Made by a program: the position numbers and the translations under genes. Of a stretch of 48,316 nucleotides of DNA, positions 8,963 through 17,610 are shown piece after piece (position 1 is the first letter of the stretch; every line of letters starts with the position of its first letter). The notes beneath the pieces were generated by a model. That model was not told the origin of the DNA. It searched no databases and saw nothing but the letters and a program-made list of their open reading frames with translations. Source of the DNA: Candidatus Hydrogenedentota bacterium (GTDB lineage Bacteria > Hydrogenedentota > Hydrogenedentia > Hydrogenedentales > SLHB01). The stretch lies in the NCBI GenBank assembly GCA_045863295.1, contig BTWA01000038.1, positions 1 to 48,316 on the forward strand, given 5' to 3'.

Positions 8963-9922
8963 TTACCTACATATATCCCTATACATAAATTGCTTATTCT
9001 TTATCTTCATCTCTCTGCTTAGGTCCATGGATCGGAGCCGATCATCGACTCGAGTCGACGACTTCTTAAGTGCTTCAATAAATCGTAGATACTCAATTAG
9101 CACTTGTTGCTCTTTAGGGTCTAAGCTTGGTAGTGTCTCTCCAGCGATTTCGATTGAATCGTTGTCACCTAAGGACAGAAGGGACTGAAGTGCTAGGCTT
9201 GAGTGCCGCATAGTAGTAAGCGCAAAATAATTACGCAGAGAGTCGATAGCGTTGCTATTACCTGTAAGTCCTAGAGCAACGATTACCGCCGCAAGTAGGT
9301 CAGAATCCATTCTGTCACGTTCGTCATTGAGAAAGTTCGAGAGATTCCGGACACTTTCGTCTGTGCCTATGAGCCCCACAGTCCAAATATGTAAATGCGT
9401 TGGCCAGATTTCATGTTCACCTTGAATCCTGAATGCCTGAATTTTCTCTGTGTTGATGGGATCTTGCACCAACATCTCAATTCGTTCGCGCTCCGAGAAA
9501 TAAAAAGCACCGACAACTCTTGAACGTCGACATATGAAATCTTGGTAAGTAACGTAATCGCTACTAATGGTATTGCATTGTCTATCGAGCAGTTCCCTGG
9601 CTGTTGATTCCGCAAGACTTGACCCAATTTGACTCAGAACAAACGCCACCCGTGCATCTGCCCCATCGTTGAGTTCAGTAAAATCCCCACTCCGCCTTCT
9701 AAGCTCGGGTATTACTATATCCCTCTTGTATATTGCTCGCTTGATAACTTGATCGTGTCTCATAATACCAGATGTAAGCAAGTTTACAGCAATTCTCTCG
9801 GGGTCATACATAATGTATGTATATAAGAGCCCGATAAGAAGACCTACATAGATCGCAATACATATAAACGTCCATAGAACCCCGTGCCAGATTGAATTCT
9901 TGGGCAGCGTCTCGACCATCAC
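8963..9922 (-). CDS. Membrane-anchored HEAT-repeat-like protein; candidate immunity protein of the RHS toxin
   Basis: 319 aa with an N-terminal TM helix and HEAT-like motifs (AAVIVALGLTGNSNAIDSL). AT-rich like the toxin tip, and starts 42 nt after the RHS stop. Confidence 0.65.
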   Translation of the reverse strand: MMVETLPKNSIWHGVLWTFICIAIYVGLLIGLLYTYIMYDPERIAVNLLTSGIMRHDQVIKRAIYKRDIVIPELRRRSGDFTELNDGADARVAFVLSQIGSSLAESTARELLDRQCNTISSDYVTYQDFICRRSRVVGAFYFSERERIEMLVQDPINTEKIQAFRIQGEHEIWPTHLHIWTVGLIGTDESVRNLSNFLNDERDRMDSDLLAAVIVALGLTGNSNAIDSLRNYFALTTMRHSSLALQSLLSLGDNDSIEIAGETLPSLDPKEQQVLIEYLRFIEALKKSSTRVDDRLRSMDLSREMKIKNKQFMYRDICR

Positions 9923-9964
9923 TCACCTCATAGTATCAAATCATAAACAATCCTTGACTTGATA

Positions 9965-12900
9965 TTAGGAAGGATTGTCTTCTGCGTCATGCTCTATTGC
10001 TCTACTAAATACTGTATTAACATACCAAGCACAATTGTAGTATGGCCCCCAAAATGTGTTGTGCGATCTCTGAAAGTTCTCCCATTCGGCAGTGGCCTGA
10101 TCGCATACATGGGCGCTATATGGGCCATTCTGCGTACAAGTATACTGCTTACTCGGGGATACGGCACCTTGGTATTCAATCTTTGTTATAGCTGCACGTC
10201 TCGGTAAAAATATTGCTGAACATGTTCCTTTAAATCCTCCTTCGACACCGTCCTCGGGCATGGCCTGCCACTTATCTCCAAACTTATCCCCATTATGGTC
10301 GACAATCATGAATCTATGAGCAAAATCGGAATCCTCTATGCACTTCCATAAGATACATGTTTTCTTGCTTTGATTTGGTGAACCGCTTCTAGTCGCAACA
10401 GCTGTCCCTTGGTACAATGGCATGCCGTACTGTGATATGGTAAAGCCTTTTCCGTCGAACTCAGTCTCTCCTACTACTGCTCTCCCCTCATTCGTCGAAG
10501 CCCGAGCGTTTCCGCCTCTATCCTCCACAAAATAATAGTACTCATCGGAGATAGAGTCGAATATGGCCAATGGATCGACCGGTTTACCAGACAAAATCGA
10601 AGTGACTAATGTATTGGATGCTCCGTCTTCAACATTAAGTAGTCTTCCGTTCGCGGTCCACCGGAATTGCAGTGTGGTGTCAGAATCGAGTAAATGTAAT
10701 AGCATATCCCCGCGATACACATATGTCGAGTCACTTTCTCCCCAAAAGTCAGTTTCAATTTCTGCCAATATGGGTCCTTGGAAATAGGTGAAGTCCGCAG
10801 TGAAGCCACCGTTCGTCTTCTGCGTCATCCGTCCCCAGTCGTCATAAGAAAGGTTCGTCGTGCCGCCGGGAGTGGAGGTCATGCTGGTGAGTTCGTTGGC
10901 ATTGTCGTACGCAAAGGTCGTGGTGGTTTTCAGGTTCGAGCCGGTGAACCGCACGTCGTCGAACTCCGCCGTGGTCCAAAACGCCGTGACTAACCCGCAC
11001 TGGGCCGACGTGACTTCCGTGAGGCTGCTCGTGCTCAGCACTTCCTCCGGCATGTCCCCGTCTTCCCAGCGCCACACCGTGAGGTCCGCCCCATCGGCCA
11101 CGACGCGCACGTTGTACCACACGTTCTGCGTGGTAGGCAGCGAATTGTTCGTGTCCGGATACGCCGTCGCGCCGCCGTCCGTCTGGCGGATGCTCGCCGT
11201 GCCCCCGCCGTAGAACTCCACGCGGACGAAATCGTTCACGCCCGTATACCGGGCCCAGAAGAGTACATCGCCAATGGAAGACGTCCGCCGGTAGCGGAAC
11301 GTGGTATCGTAATCCGCCTCGTCCTGGTCCACCTTCCAGATGAGGTCGTTCGCCGCGTTGGCCACCGTATCCGCCAACACACCGCCGGACGCGGACCACG
11401 TGCCCGAACTCACCGTCCATCCTGTGTAGTCCGCATCGTTAAAGTCGTCCATGAACGGCTCGCTACGGGTGATCATGTTGTCCCCGTCATCGTAGGCATA
11501 ATCGTACTCGCCCACGATATTCGCGGAAAACACATGGTCCGCCACCGTCAGTCGGTTGCGTCCATCGTATTCGTACTCCCAGTGCGTGCCGTCATCCTGG
11601 GCAATCTGCTCGATGCTGCCTCCCGCGGACAAGGTGTACTCGAAACTCTGCTTCGTGGTTCCGCCGTCTTTGTGATCGATCAAGGTCAGTCGGTTCCGCG
11701 CGTCGTAATCGTACTCGGTCGTCATGCCATTGGGATGTTCAAAGTCCGTGGTTTGTCCCAGAGCATTGTAGTTGAACTCCCATACTTTGGAGCCCGGCGC
11801 GGTAATCGTGCTGACTTGGTTCAGATCCGTATAGGAGTACGTGGTGGTGTTGCCATGGTGATCCGTCATTGAGGTGGCATTACCGGTCGCGTCGTAGGCG
11901 TAAGTGAGGTACTCCGTGTCGTAATCAGTCAACCGGGTCAACCGGCCCGCGTTGTCGTACGCGTATTGAAGACCGTTGGTGTCGTCGATCCAGTCCGCCA
12001 ACTTGGTTAGCCGGGCCGCACCGTCGTAGGCATACACGGCTTCGTACGTGTTCCCGCCTGAGGTATACGCCGTCTTCGTCATCAGGCCCGTGGTTCCGTG
12101 AAAAAAATACTCCGTTGGATCCGTGGTTCCAGATCCTCCGGCACCTACTTTCGTCATTCGACCGAAGGCGTCGTAAAGATACTTCGTCACCTTGTTCACC
12201 GGGTCCGTCACCGAGGTCAGCCTGCGGGCGTTGTCATAGGCGTAGCTCCAGGTGTGGTTCAGCCCGTCGGTTACGCTCGCTAAGTCGCCCGCGCTGTTGT
12301 ATGTGGAGATGGTGTCCACCACCACATCGGACGTCAGCGTCATTCTCCCAAGGTGATCATAAGCATATTCGACAGTCTCACCGTCAAAGTCCGTATGCTC
12401 CTCAAGCTGCCCAAGGAAGTTATAGACACTTTCCGATTCGTTGGCACCGCCGGACGGAGACACCACCTGCGTCAGGCGGTTCATAGAATCATAGAAATAA
12501 TCTGTCTCTACACTCATGGCGTTGGTTACCTTGGTAACGTTGCCGTTGCTATCGTGGGCATAGAGCGTCTCGTTGTTCAAGGCATCCTTCACCTTGGTGA
12601 GGAGTCCATTCGACCCGCCGCAACCGCCGCAACCGCCGTAGGCATAAAAGAAAGTCGTTGTCTTGCTTCTAGGATCGGTCATAAGCGTCATGTTGCCCAA
12701 TGAGTCATAGGCATAGCTCGTCACTTGGGACATGGGGTTTGTCACCGAAGTGACTTGCCCGTAGCTGTCGTATTGCACGGCGGTTGTGTGCCCAAGCGGA
12801 TTCGTAATGGACGTGATATTGCCCGCGGTATCGTAGGCATATACCATCCCCGCCGCATCGGTGTCCGGCGCCACCACCTTGGTTAGCCGTTTCAAATTGT

Positions 12901-15900
12901 CATAATAATAAAGAGTATCCAGTCCCCGTTCATCGGTGGACTTCGTGGCATGCAAGCTTGCAGCGGGATAGGCGTAGGTAACAGTCTGGTTGTTTACGTC
13001 AGCGACCGTGGAAATACGTCCGCTCGCATTATATGTATAGGTTTCGACTGTGATGTTTCCCGGCCGGCTCGTGCGTGTCAAATCGCCTGATGCGTTGTAT
13101 TCGTATGACCAACGTTCGTAGGTACTAGCATCAAGGTAGTAGTCATCATACTGAACCCGGCTCAAGTCGCCGCTGATCGGCCGGTACACCCGTTTTACCA
13201 ACGGCGTCGTGTTGTCCAGCCCGGTGAATGTAACCACGCCCGTGGACACGCTCCGATCGAACTCGGAGGTCAATCCCGCGGCATCATCAATCTCGATCGT
13301 CGTGGCCTCGTACTGGGAACTGCCGTTCAAGGAGTACGCCCAAGTCAACGCCGTTGTCACACCCTTTTTGTCCGTAATACTGGAGATGTAACGAGATTCG
13401 GCAACGCCGCCTGTGCTCCCATAGGCATAGTCCACCGTTTTGCTTGCGTTGTCGGTCACGCGCGTCAATTCATTCGAAGGATTGTAGCCGTAGGTCGTGG
13501 TTTGGAGCACCGTGGTGCTCTCCTTCAACTCGACCTTCGTAATGAGATTGCCCGCATAGGCCAATTGTAAGTGTTGCGAGGCGCCGCTTGAAGACACCTT
13601 GGTCAGACGCCCCGTGCCCACCGCGCCATTGTAGTCCAACGAAATCGTATTGCTGGAAGCATCCTTGATGGCAGTCAATCGCGCATACCGATCCGCATCC
13701 GCAGTCGCCGCAGAGAACTCATAGGTCAAGCCATCGGGAAATGTGAGCGTATATGCCAGGGTGGTCGTGTTGCGCTTTAATGTGATCGCCTTCTCTCCCG
13801 TGTGTCCTGTGGAAGTGCGGGCGTAGTGGTTATTTCCACCACTTGTACTCTGGAAATTATAGACACGCGGATATCCCTGGGAGTCGAAATAGGTGACCGT
13901 GAACGGCGGAGTCCCGACAGATGCCACGAGGTAGGTATTCAAGGTGTGAGTCCAGCCGTCCCCGATGTTATTTTTCCATACTTTGTCTGTTCCCTGGAAC
14001 TCCCCGCGATGGTAGCCCATGTCATTCGAATAAAACCTTCGAAACTCAAATTCCATAGGACCTATAACGCTTACTCTTGCATCTGTCACCGCATGAGAAA
14101 ACGTTGAGGTGAATGCAAAAACCTGCATTTCGTAGTAAGAATTGAATTCCGTCGCACCTAGATAACCCATGTCAACTACATTTGAACAACCAACACCCGT
14201 ACAGTCGGCCCCAAAACGGAGAGCGTGGTCGATTGGGCAAGTGGGTGGTTCGCCAACACCGCCGCTACCGCCATTGCCACCGTTTTCGCAGTTTGTACAC
14301 GGCGGCGGCGGCGGATAAACTGGCCTTCCAGGCGTATTGCCGCCTTTCGAGGTCATTAGTGTTCGAAGGTCCAGAACCTCCGCAACATCAATTGCATGAT
14401 CTTTCATTACGATTGCATCACCACTCCATCTCGCTTTGAAAGCATTCACCGGTTGAAGCAGATTGGCCTCGTCATCGCGCAATCGCACGAGTCCATTCTC
14501 AACGGATTCAACGAGCACAAAATGGCGTCCGTCTGTAAACGCGATGGCAGGCAGGGTTAGTTCATCCAGCGAAGCCACCCGGACACCCGACACGGCAACG
14601 TTGTTCTTTGCCGCCGCGTCGATCAGGCCTTGCATCGTTGTGCCCGAGGAATCCGTACTTGCTTGAAGCGCCAATTCTTCGACGGAGACATTGACTCCAA
14701 CAAGGTAAAGCAACGCGTGCAACGCCTGCGGACCGCAAAGCTGCGAAGCCGCCAATTGGGATCCGCCAGCTTGTTCTTGGGGCACATCCGCGACTTCAAC
14801 CGAACCCAGTAGATGTCGCGTCAGATAATCAAGTTCATATTCCGCAACTCTGGCGTATTGCGTATCGGGATACTCTTCAATCACGCGGGCATAGATGGCA
14901 GCCGCATTCGTATCGTCGCTCGCGGCGCTGTAAAGCGCGCCGAGTTGCGTGAGAGCCAGACCGGTCTCCCGTTTGCCGGGAAACTCGTTTACAAACGCCC
15001 AGAGGTCCTCTACGCCAGCATCTTGATTAAACCGGTTCACTTGCTGCTTTGTGATCGCCATTTGCAGCTTCAGCCCGCGGGCGGTAGCGCCCTTCGGATG
15101 ACCGACGACTACCAACCCACGTTCACACCAGGCGATTGCCTCGTCGTACAGTCCCAGGTCTGTGTATGCCAGCGCAATGTCGATTGCCAGTTGGCCTTTC
15201 ACCCACGAATAAACATATCTATTCTCGAACAAGGCATTCACGGCCCCTGCCCTTACTTCCTCAATCAGATTCGCCTGATGAATATAGGCAGCGCCGCTGT
15301 CGTGTGCGTTCTTGTTTGCATATTCCGTGAGTACTGAATGGGCAACCAGACGGGCATATGAACTTTGCGACGTATTGGCGATGGTACGAATCTCAGCGAT
15401 GGTTGCCTTCAAAGCCTCCGTGTCCATGAACGATGCTGCGGCGTAGGCACTGTCGGCCACCGCATGGGACAATGGATGTGCGGCGTGCTCACGTAGAAAT
15501 TCAAGTGCGGTATCGCGCGCCTGCGAAACATACTGGAGGGCAATCTCATTATCTTCTTCTAGCAACCGGTTAACGTTATTCACGTACATGCTGGCAACGA
15601 GGTACCTGCCGTTGACGTCCAACGATTGCCATGCGGGGAGAGAAGCATAGATATCCACCAGGACGGACGGATTGAGTTCACCGTCCAGCACCCGGTTCAT
15701 AACCCGGAAGATCCGTTTGTCCGCCTGCAACGACTCCCACGTACCCGGAAAATTGCAGAAGACTTCAAAATACGTGGACACCGCGCTTGTGTAATCGCCC
15801 GCGCCCGCCAACAAATCCCCATCCGCCAACGCCGATTGCGCTTGAGCTCCCGCTGTTGGTTCCACCCGCGCGATTTGAGACTCGCCACCGCCTTGTGCCA

Positions 15901-16312
15901 GCAGCTTCTTCTCTGCGTCCTTCGAGGCGTTGATTTCCGCCTTCTTCTTGTCTATCGACGCGAACATGGCCGCCGCCGCCGGAAGCGTGCGGTTATTCTG
16001 GGCTAATAGCACACGTTGCCCCGCGCGGTTAATGGGTGCGACTACATTATTGGATTGGTCTTGATCTAAAACGCCCGAATCGTCACCTGCAGGTACCTTG
16101 GCAAGTTCGATGGAATCCGTCTCGAATGATTCCTTGGAACTGGCTTTATGCCATGGCAGGTCTCGCCACGGTTCAAGCGTATCTTGCTCGGTAGGCGTGT
16201 TCGGCAGCGTTGCCAATACGTCCGCAACGCCAGTGGCGCTTGGTAGAAATGAAGCCAGTGTGATGACGGAAACAGCCCGCAAGACCTTGGGAAATGGCGC
16301 CAACTTATGCAT
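9965..16312 (-). CDS. Secreted RHS/YD-repeat protein with TPRs, C39 peptidase domain, lectin-like insert and variable C-terminal tip (polymorphic toxin-like)
   Basis: Signal-peptide-like N-terminus with a GGAGG RBS before ATG 16312. TPR motifs (A..Q.G..Y...IEEYP), C39 motifs QLCGP / HFVLV / LRD, many YD repeats (YDxxGxLTxVTDP), and a DDF...W...FDDV beta-sandwich. Confidence 0.9.
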   Translation of the reverse strand: MHKLAPFPKVLRAVSVITLASFLPSATGVADVLATLPNTPTEQDTLEPWRDLPWHKASSKESFETDSIELAKVPAGDDSGVLDQDQSNNVVAPINRAGQRVLLAQNNRTLPAAAAMFASIDKKKAEINASKDAEKKLLAQGGGESQIARVEPTAGAQAQSALADGDLLAGAGDYTSAVSTYFEVFCNFPGTWESLQADKRIFRVMNRVLDGELNPSVLVDIYASLPAWQSLDVNGRYLVASMYVNNVNRLLEEDNEIALQYVSQARDTALEFLREHAAHPLSHAVADSAYAAASFMDTEALKATIAEIRTIANTSQSSYARLVAHSVLTEYANKNAHDSGAAYIHQANLIEEVRAGAVNALFENRYVYSWVKGQLAIDIALAYTDLGLYDEAIAWCERGLVVVGHPKGATARGLKLQMAITKQQVNRFNQDAGVEDLWAFVNEFPGKRETGLALTQLGALYSAASDDTNAAAIYARVIEEYPDTQYARVAEYELDYLTRHLLGSVEVADVPQEQAGGSQLAASQLCGPQALHALLYLVGVNVSVEELALQASTDSSGTTMQGLIDAAAKNNVAVSGVRVASLDELTLPAIAFTDGRHFVLVESVENGLVRLRDDEANLLQPVNAFKARWSGDAIVMKDHAIDVAEVLDLRTLMTSKGGNTPGRPVYPPPPPCTNCENGGNGGSGGVGEPPTCPIDHALRFGADCTGVGCSNVVDMGYLGATEFNSYYEMQVFAFTSTFSHAVTDARVSVIGPMEFEFRRFYSNDMGYHRGEFQGTDKVWKNNIGDGWTHTLNTYLVASVGTPPFTVTYFDSQGYPRVYNFQSTSGGNNHYARTSTGHTGEKAITLKRNTTTLAYTLTFPDGLTYEFSAATADADRYARLTAIKDASSNTISLDYNGAVGTGRLTKVSSSGASQHLQLAYAGNLITKVELKESTTVLQTTTYGYNPSNELTRVTDNASKTVDYAYGSTGGVAESRYISSITDKKGVTTALTWAYSLNGSSQYEATTIEIDDAAGLTSEFDRSVSTGVVTFTGLDNTTPLVKRVYRPISGDLSRVQYDDYYLDASTYERWSYEYNASGDLTRTSRPGNITVETYTYNASGRISTVADVNNQTVTYAYPAASLHATKSTDERGLDTLYYYDNLKRLTKVVAPDTDAAGMVYAYDTAGNITSITNPLGHTTAVQYDSYGQVTSVTNPMSQVTSYAYDSLGNMTLMTDPRSKTTTFFYAYGGCGGCGGSNGLLTKVKDALNNETLYAHDSNGNVTKVTNAMSVETDYFYDSMNRLTQVVSPSGGANESESVYNFLGQLEEHTDFDGETVEYAYDHLGRMTLTSDVVVDTISTYNSAGDLASVTDGLNHTWSYAYDNARRLTSVTDPVNKVTKYLYDAFGRMTKVGAGGSGTTDPTEYFFHGTTGLMTKTAYTSGGNTYEAVYAYDGAARLTKLADWIDDTNGLQYAYDNAGRLTRLTDYDTEYLTYAYDATGNATSMTDHHGNTTTYSYTDLNQVSTITAPGSKVWEFNYNALGQTTDFEHPNGMTTEYDYDARNRLTLIDHKDGGTTKQSFEYTLSAGGSIEQIAQDDGTHWEYEYDGRNRLTVADHVFSANIVGEYDYAYDDGDNMITRSEPFMDDFNDADYTGWTVSSGTWSASGGVLADTVANAANDLIWKVDQDEADYDTTFRYRRTSSIGDVLFWARYTGVNDFVRVEFYGGGTASIRQTDGGATAYPDTNNSLPTTQNVWYNVRVVADGADLTVWRWEDGDMPEEVLSTSSLTEVTSAQCGLVTAFWTTAEFDDVRFTGSNLKTTTTFAYDNANELTSMTSTPGGTTNLSYDDWGRMTQKTNGGFTADFTYFQGPILAEIETDFWGESDSTYVYRGDMLLHLLDSDTTLQFRWTANGRLLNVEDGASNTLVTSILSGKPVDPLAIFDSISDEYYYFVEDRGGNARASTNEGRAVVGETEFDGKGFTISQYGMPLYQGTAVATRSGSPNQSKKTCILWKCIEDSDFAHRFMIVDHNGDKFGDKWQAMPEDGVEGGFKGTCSAIFLPRRAAITKIEYQGAVSPSKQYTCTQNGPYSAHVCDQATAEWENFQRSHNTFWGPYYNCAWYVNTVFSRAIEHDAEDNPS

Positions 16313-16448
16313 TGCACCCTCCAATTCAGAGTGGAGAACACGAACTACATAACGTTCACGAAATTGTCTGGCACATTGAACCGGCGAATCTAGAACTCAC
16401 TGACCCCACACGCGAACCGGTCGCAGATCCGGCAACCAACGTAGAATC

Positions 16449-16477
16449 GTTATATCATGACTTTCTAGTAGTGTCAA
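16449..16477 (-). promoter_or_regulatory. Sigma-70 promoter (extended -10) for the RHS gene
   Basis: Minus strand TTGACA-17 nt-TATAAC with TGn before the -10 box, ~135 nt upstream of the RHS start. Confidence 0.75.
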
Positions 16478-16605
16478 CCCCATAGTACATTGGAGCAATC
16501 AACTCATGGGTTTGAACTGGACCTACCGGTCCAAAATTCAAATCCGTAAACGCAAACACTTGCGGCGCCTACGGTTGAGCCATCGGAACAAGCTGGAAAC
16601 ACACC

Positions 16606-17610
16606 TTACTCCACGGTACCAAACACGCCCACGGTGAATACCTGCGTTAGATCCCCTTCACTGAGTGTTAAATTCAGCTTGGTCTGCATTGGGCCGCGCG
16701 CAGCATGTGGCGTGAGTCGAACCTGTATGGATGGTTGCTTGCCCTTTTCGGATTTCGTGACCGCCGCTACCACGGTTTCGGCCAGCGACGCAATCTGCTC
16801 AATGACTATTTCATTACCGCTTTCGACAATAATCTCCCCTATGGGCTCACCGGCCTTTGCCTTGCCAAAAACCAATACCTTGGGCCGCAACTTGGCTTGG
16901 ATTCCCGGCACCATCGCTTGCACCGGCAACCGGTATTCGGGAATCCGAGCTACATTCGTTTGCAGGATGACGGTATCTCTCCATGCACCGGGTCGTAGCG
17001 GGGCCGTCAGTGTCATGCTCAAGACAATTGTTCCAGGGGAATCGCCCCGGCCAGCTTCGGAATCGGTGGTGATCACATTCGCCACGAGTTCCTTTGGAGA
17101 ACGAATACCATTCAACACGATTGTTTGACGGCCATTCTGCCGCACAATCACCTGGCGGGTGAAGGTCTTTCCCGCCTTCACGTCTCCAAAATCCAGGGAT
17201 TCGGGTTCAATAAGAAACTCAGGTTTGACAGTTGCAAACACTGATACTTGGAGCGTTGTCGATCTATCATCCGCAACAGTGATTATCGAATGCACGTCGT
17301 TGGAGGGATACTTGGCCAAGTCCAGCGATACCCCAATTGTGGCGTGCTCGCCAGGTTTCAATAACGCTTTTGACAGTTCAACAATCGTGCAAAAACAGGA
17401 CGACTTGGCACTGATCCCCGAAATCGCCGTTGATCCGTTGTTAGTCAGCCGTATTTCCCTTCTGGGCGATGCGTCCGGCATTACCTCTCCAAAACTGAGT
17501 TGCGACTCGGACACCTGCAAGGTCTCTGGATTCGACCCGGGGTCTGCTTCACCATAGGCAAACGAGATTAGACCTAAGGTCAGCAGCAAGCACGGATACC
17601 AACGCGTCAT
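16606..17610 (-). CDS. DUF1573-type Ig-like repeat protein, secreted
   Basis: Signal peptide, then FGEV...NNG...SSCFCT...LKPGE (DUF1573 pattern) and two further Ig-like repeats (LDFGDV, LVFGKA). ATG 17610 overlaps the GT4 stop (ATGA). Confidence 0.8.
   Translation of the reverse strand: MTRWYPCLLLTLGLISFAYGEADPGSNPETLQVSESQLSFGEVMPDASPRREIRLTNNGSTAISGISAKSSCFCTIVELSKALLKPGEHATIGVSLDLAKYPSNDVHSIITVADDRSTTLQVSVFATVKPEFLIEPESLDFGDVKAGKTFTRQVIVRQNGRQTIVLNGIRSPKELVANVITTDSEAGRGDSPGTIVLSMTLTAPLRPGAWRDTVILQTNVARIPEYRLPVQAMVPGIQAKLRPKVLVFGKAKAGEPIGEIIVESGNEIVIEQIASLAETVVAAVTKSEKGKQPSIQVRLTPHAARGPMQTKLNLTLSEGDLTQVFTVGVFGTVE

Noticed and set aside
16369..16384. TGGCAC as a sigma-54 promoter near the RHS start
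   Set aside because: It is on the wrong strand for the RHS gene and has no -12 TGC element at the right spacing.
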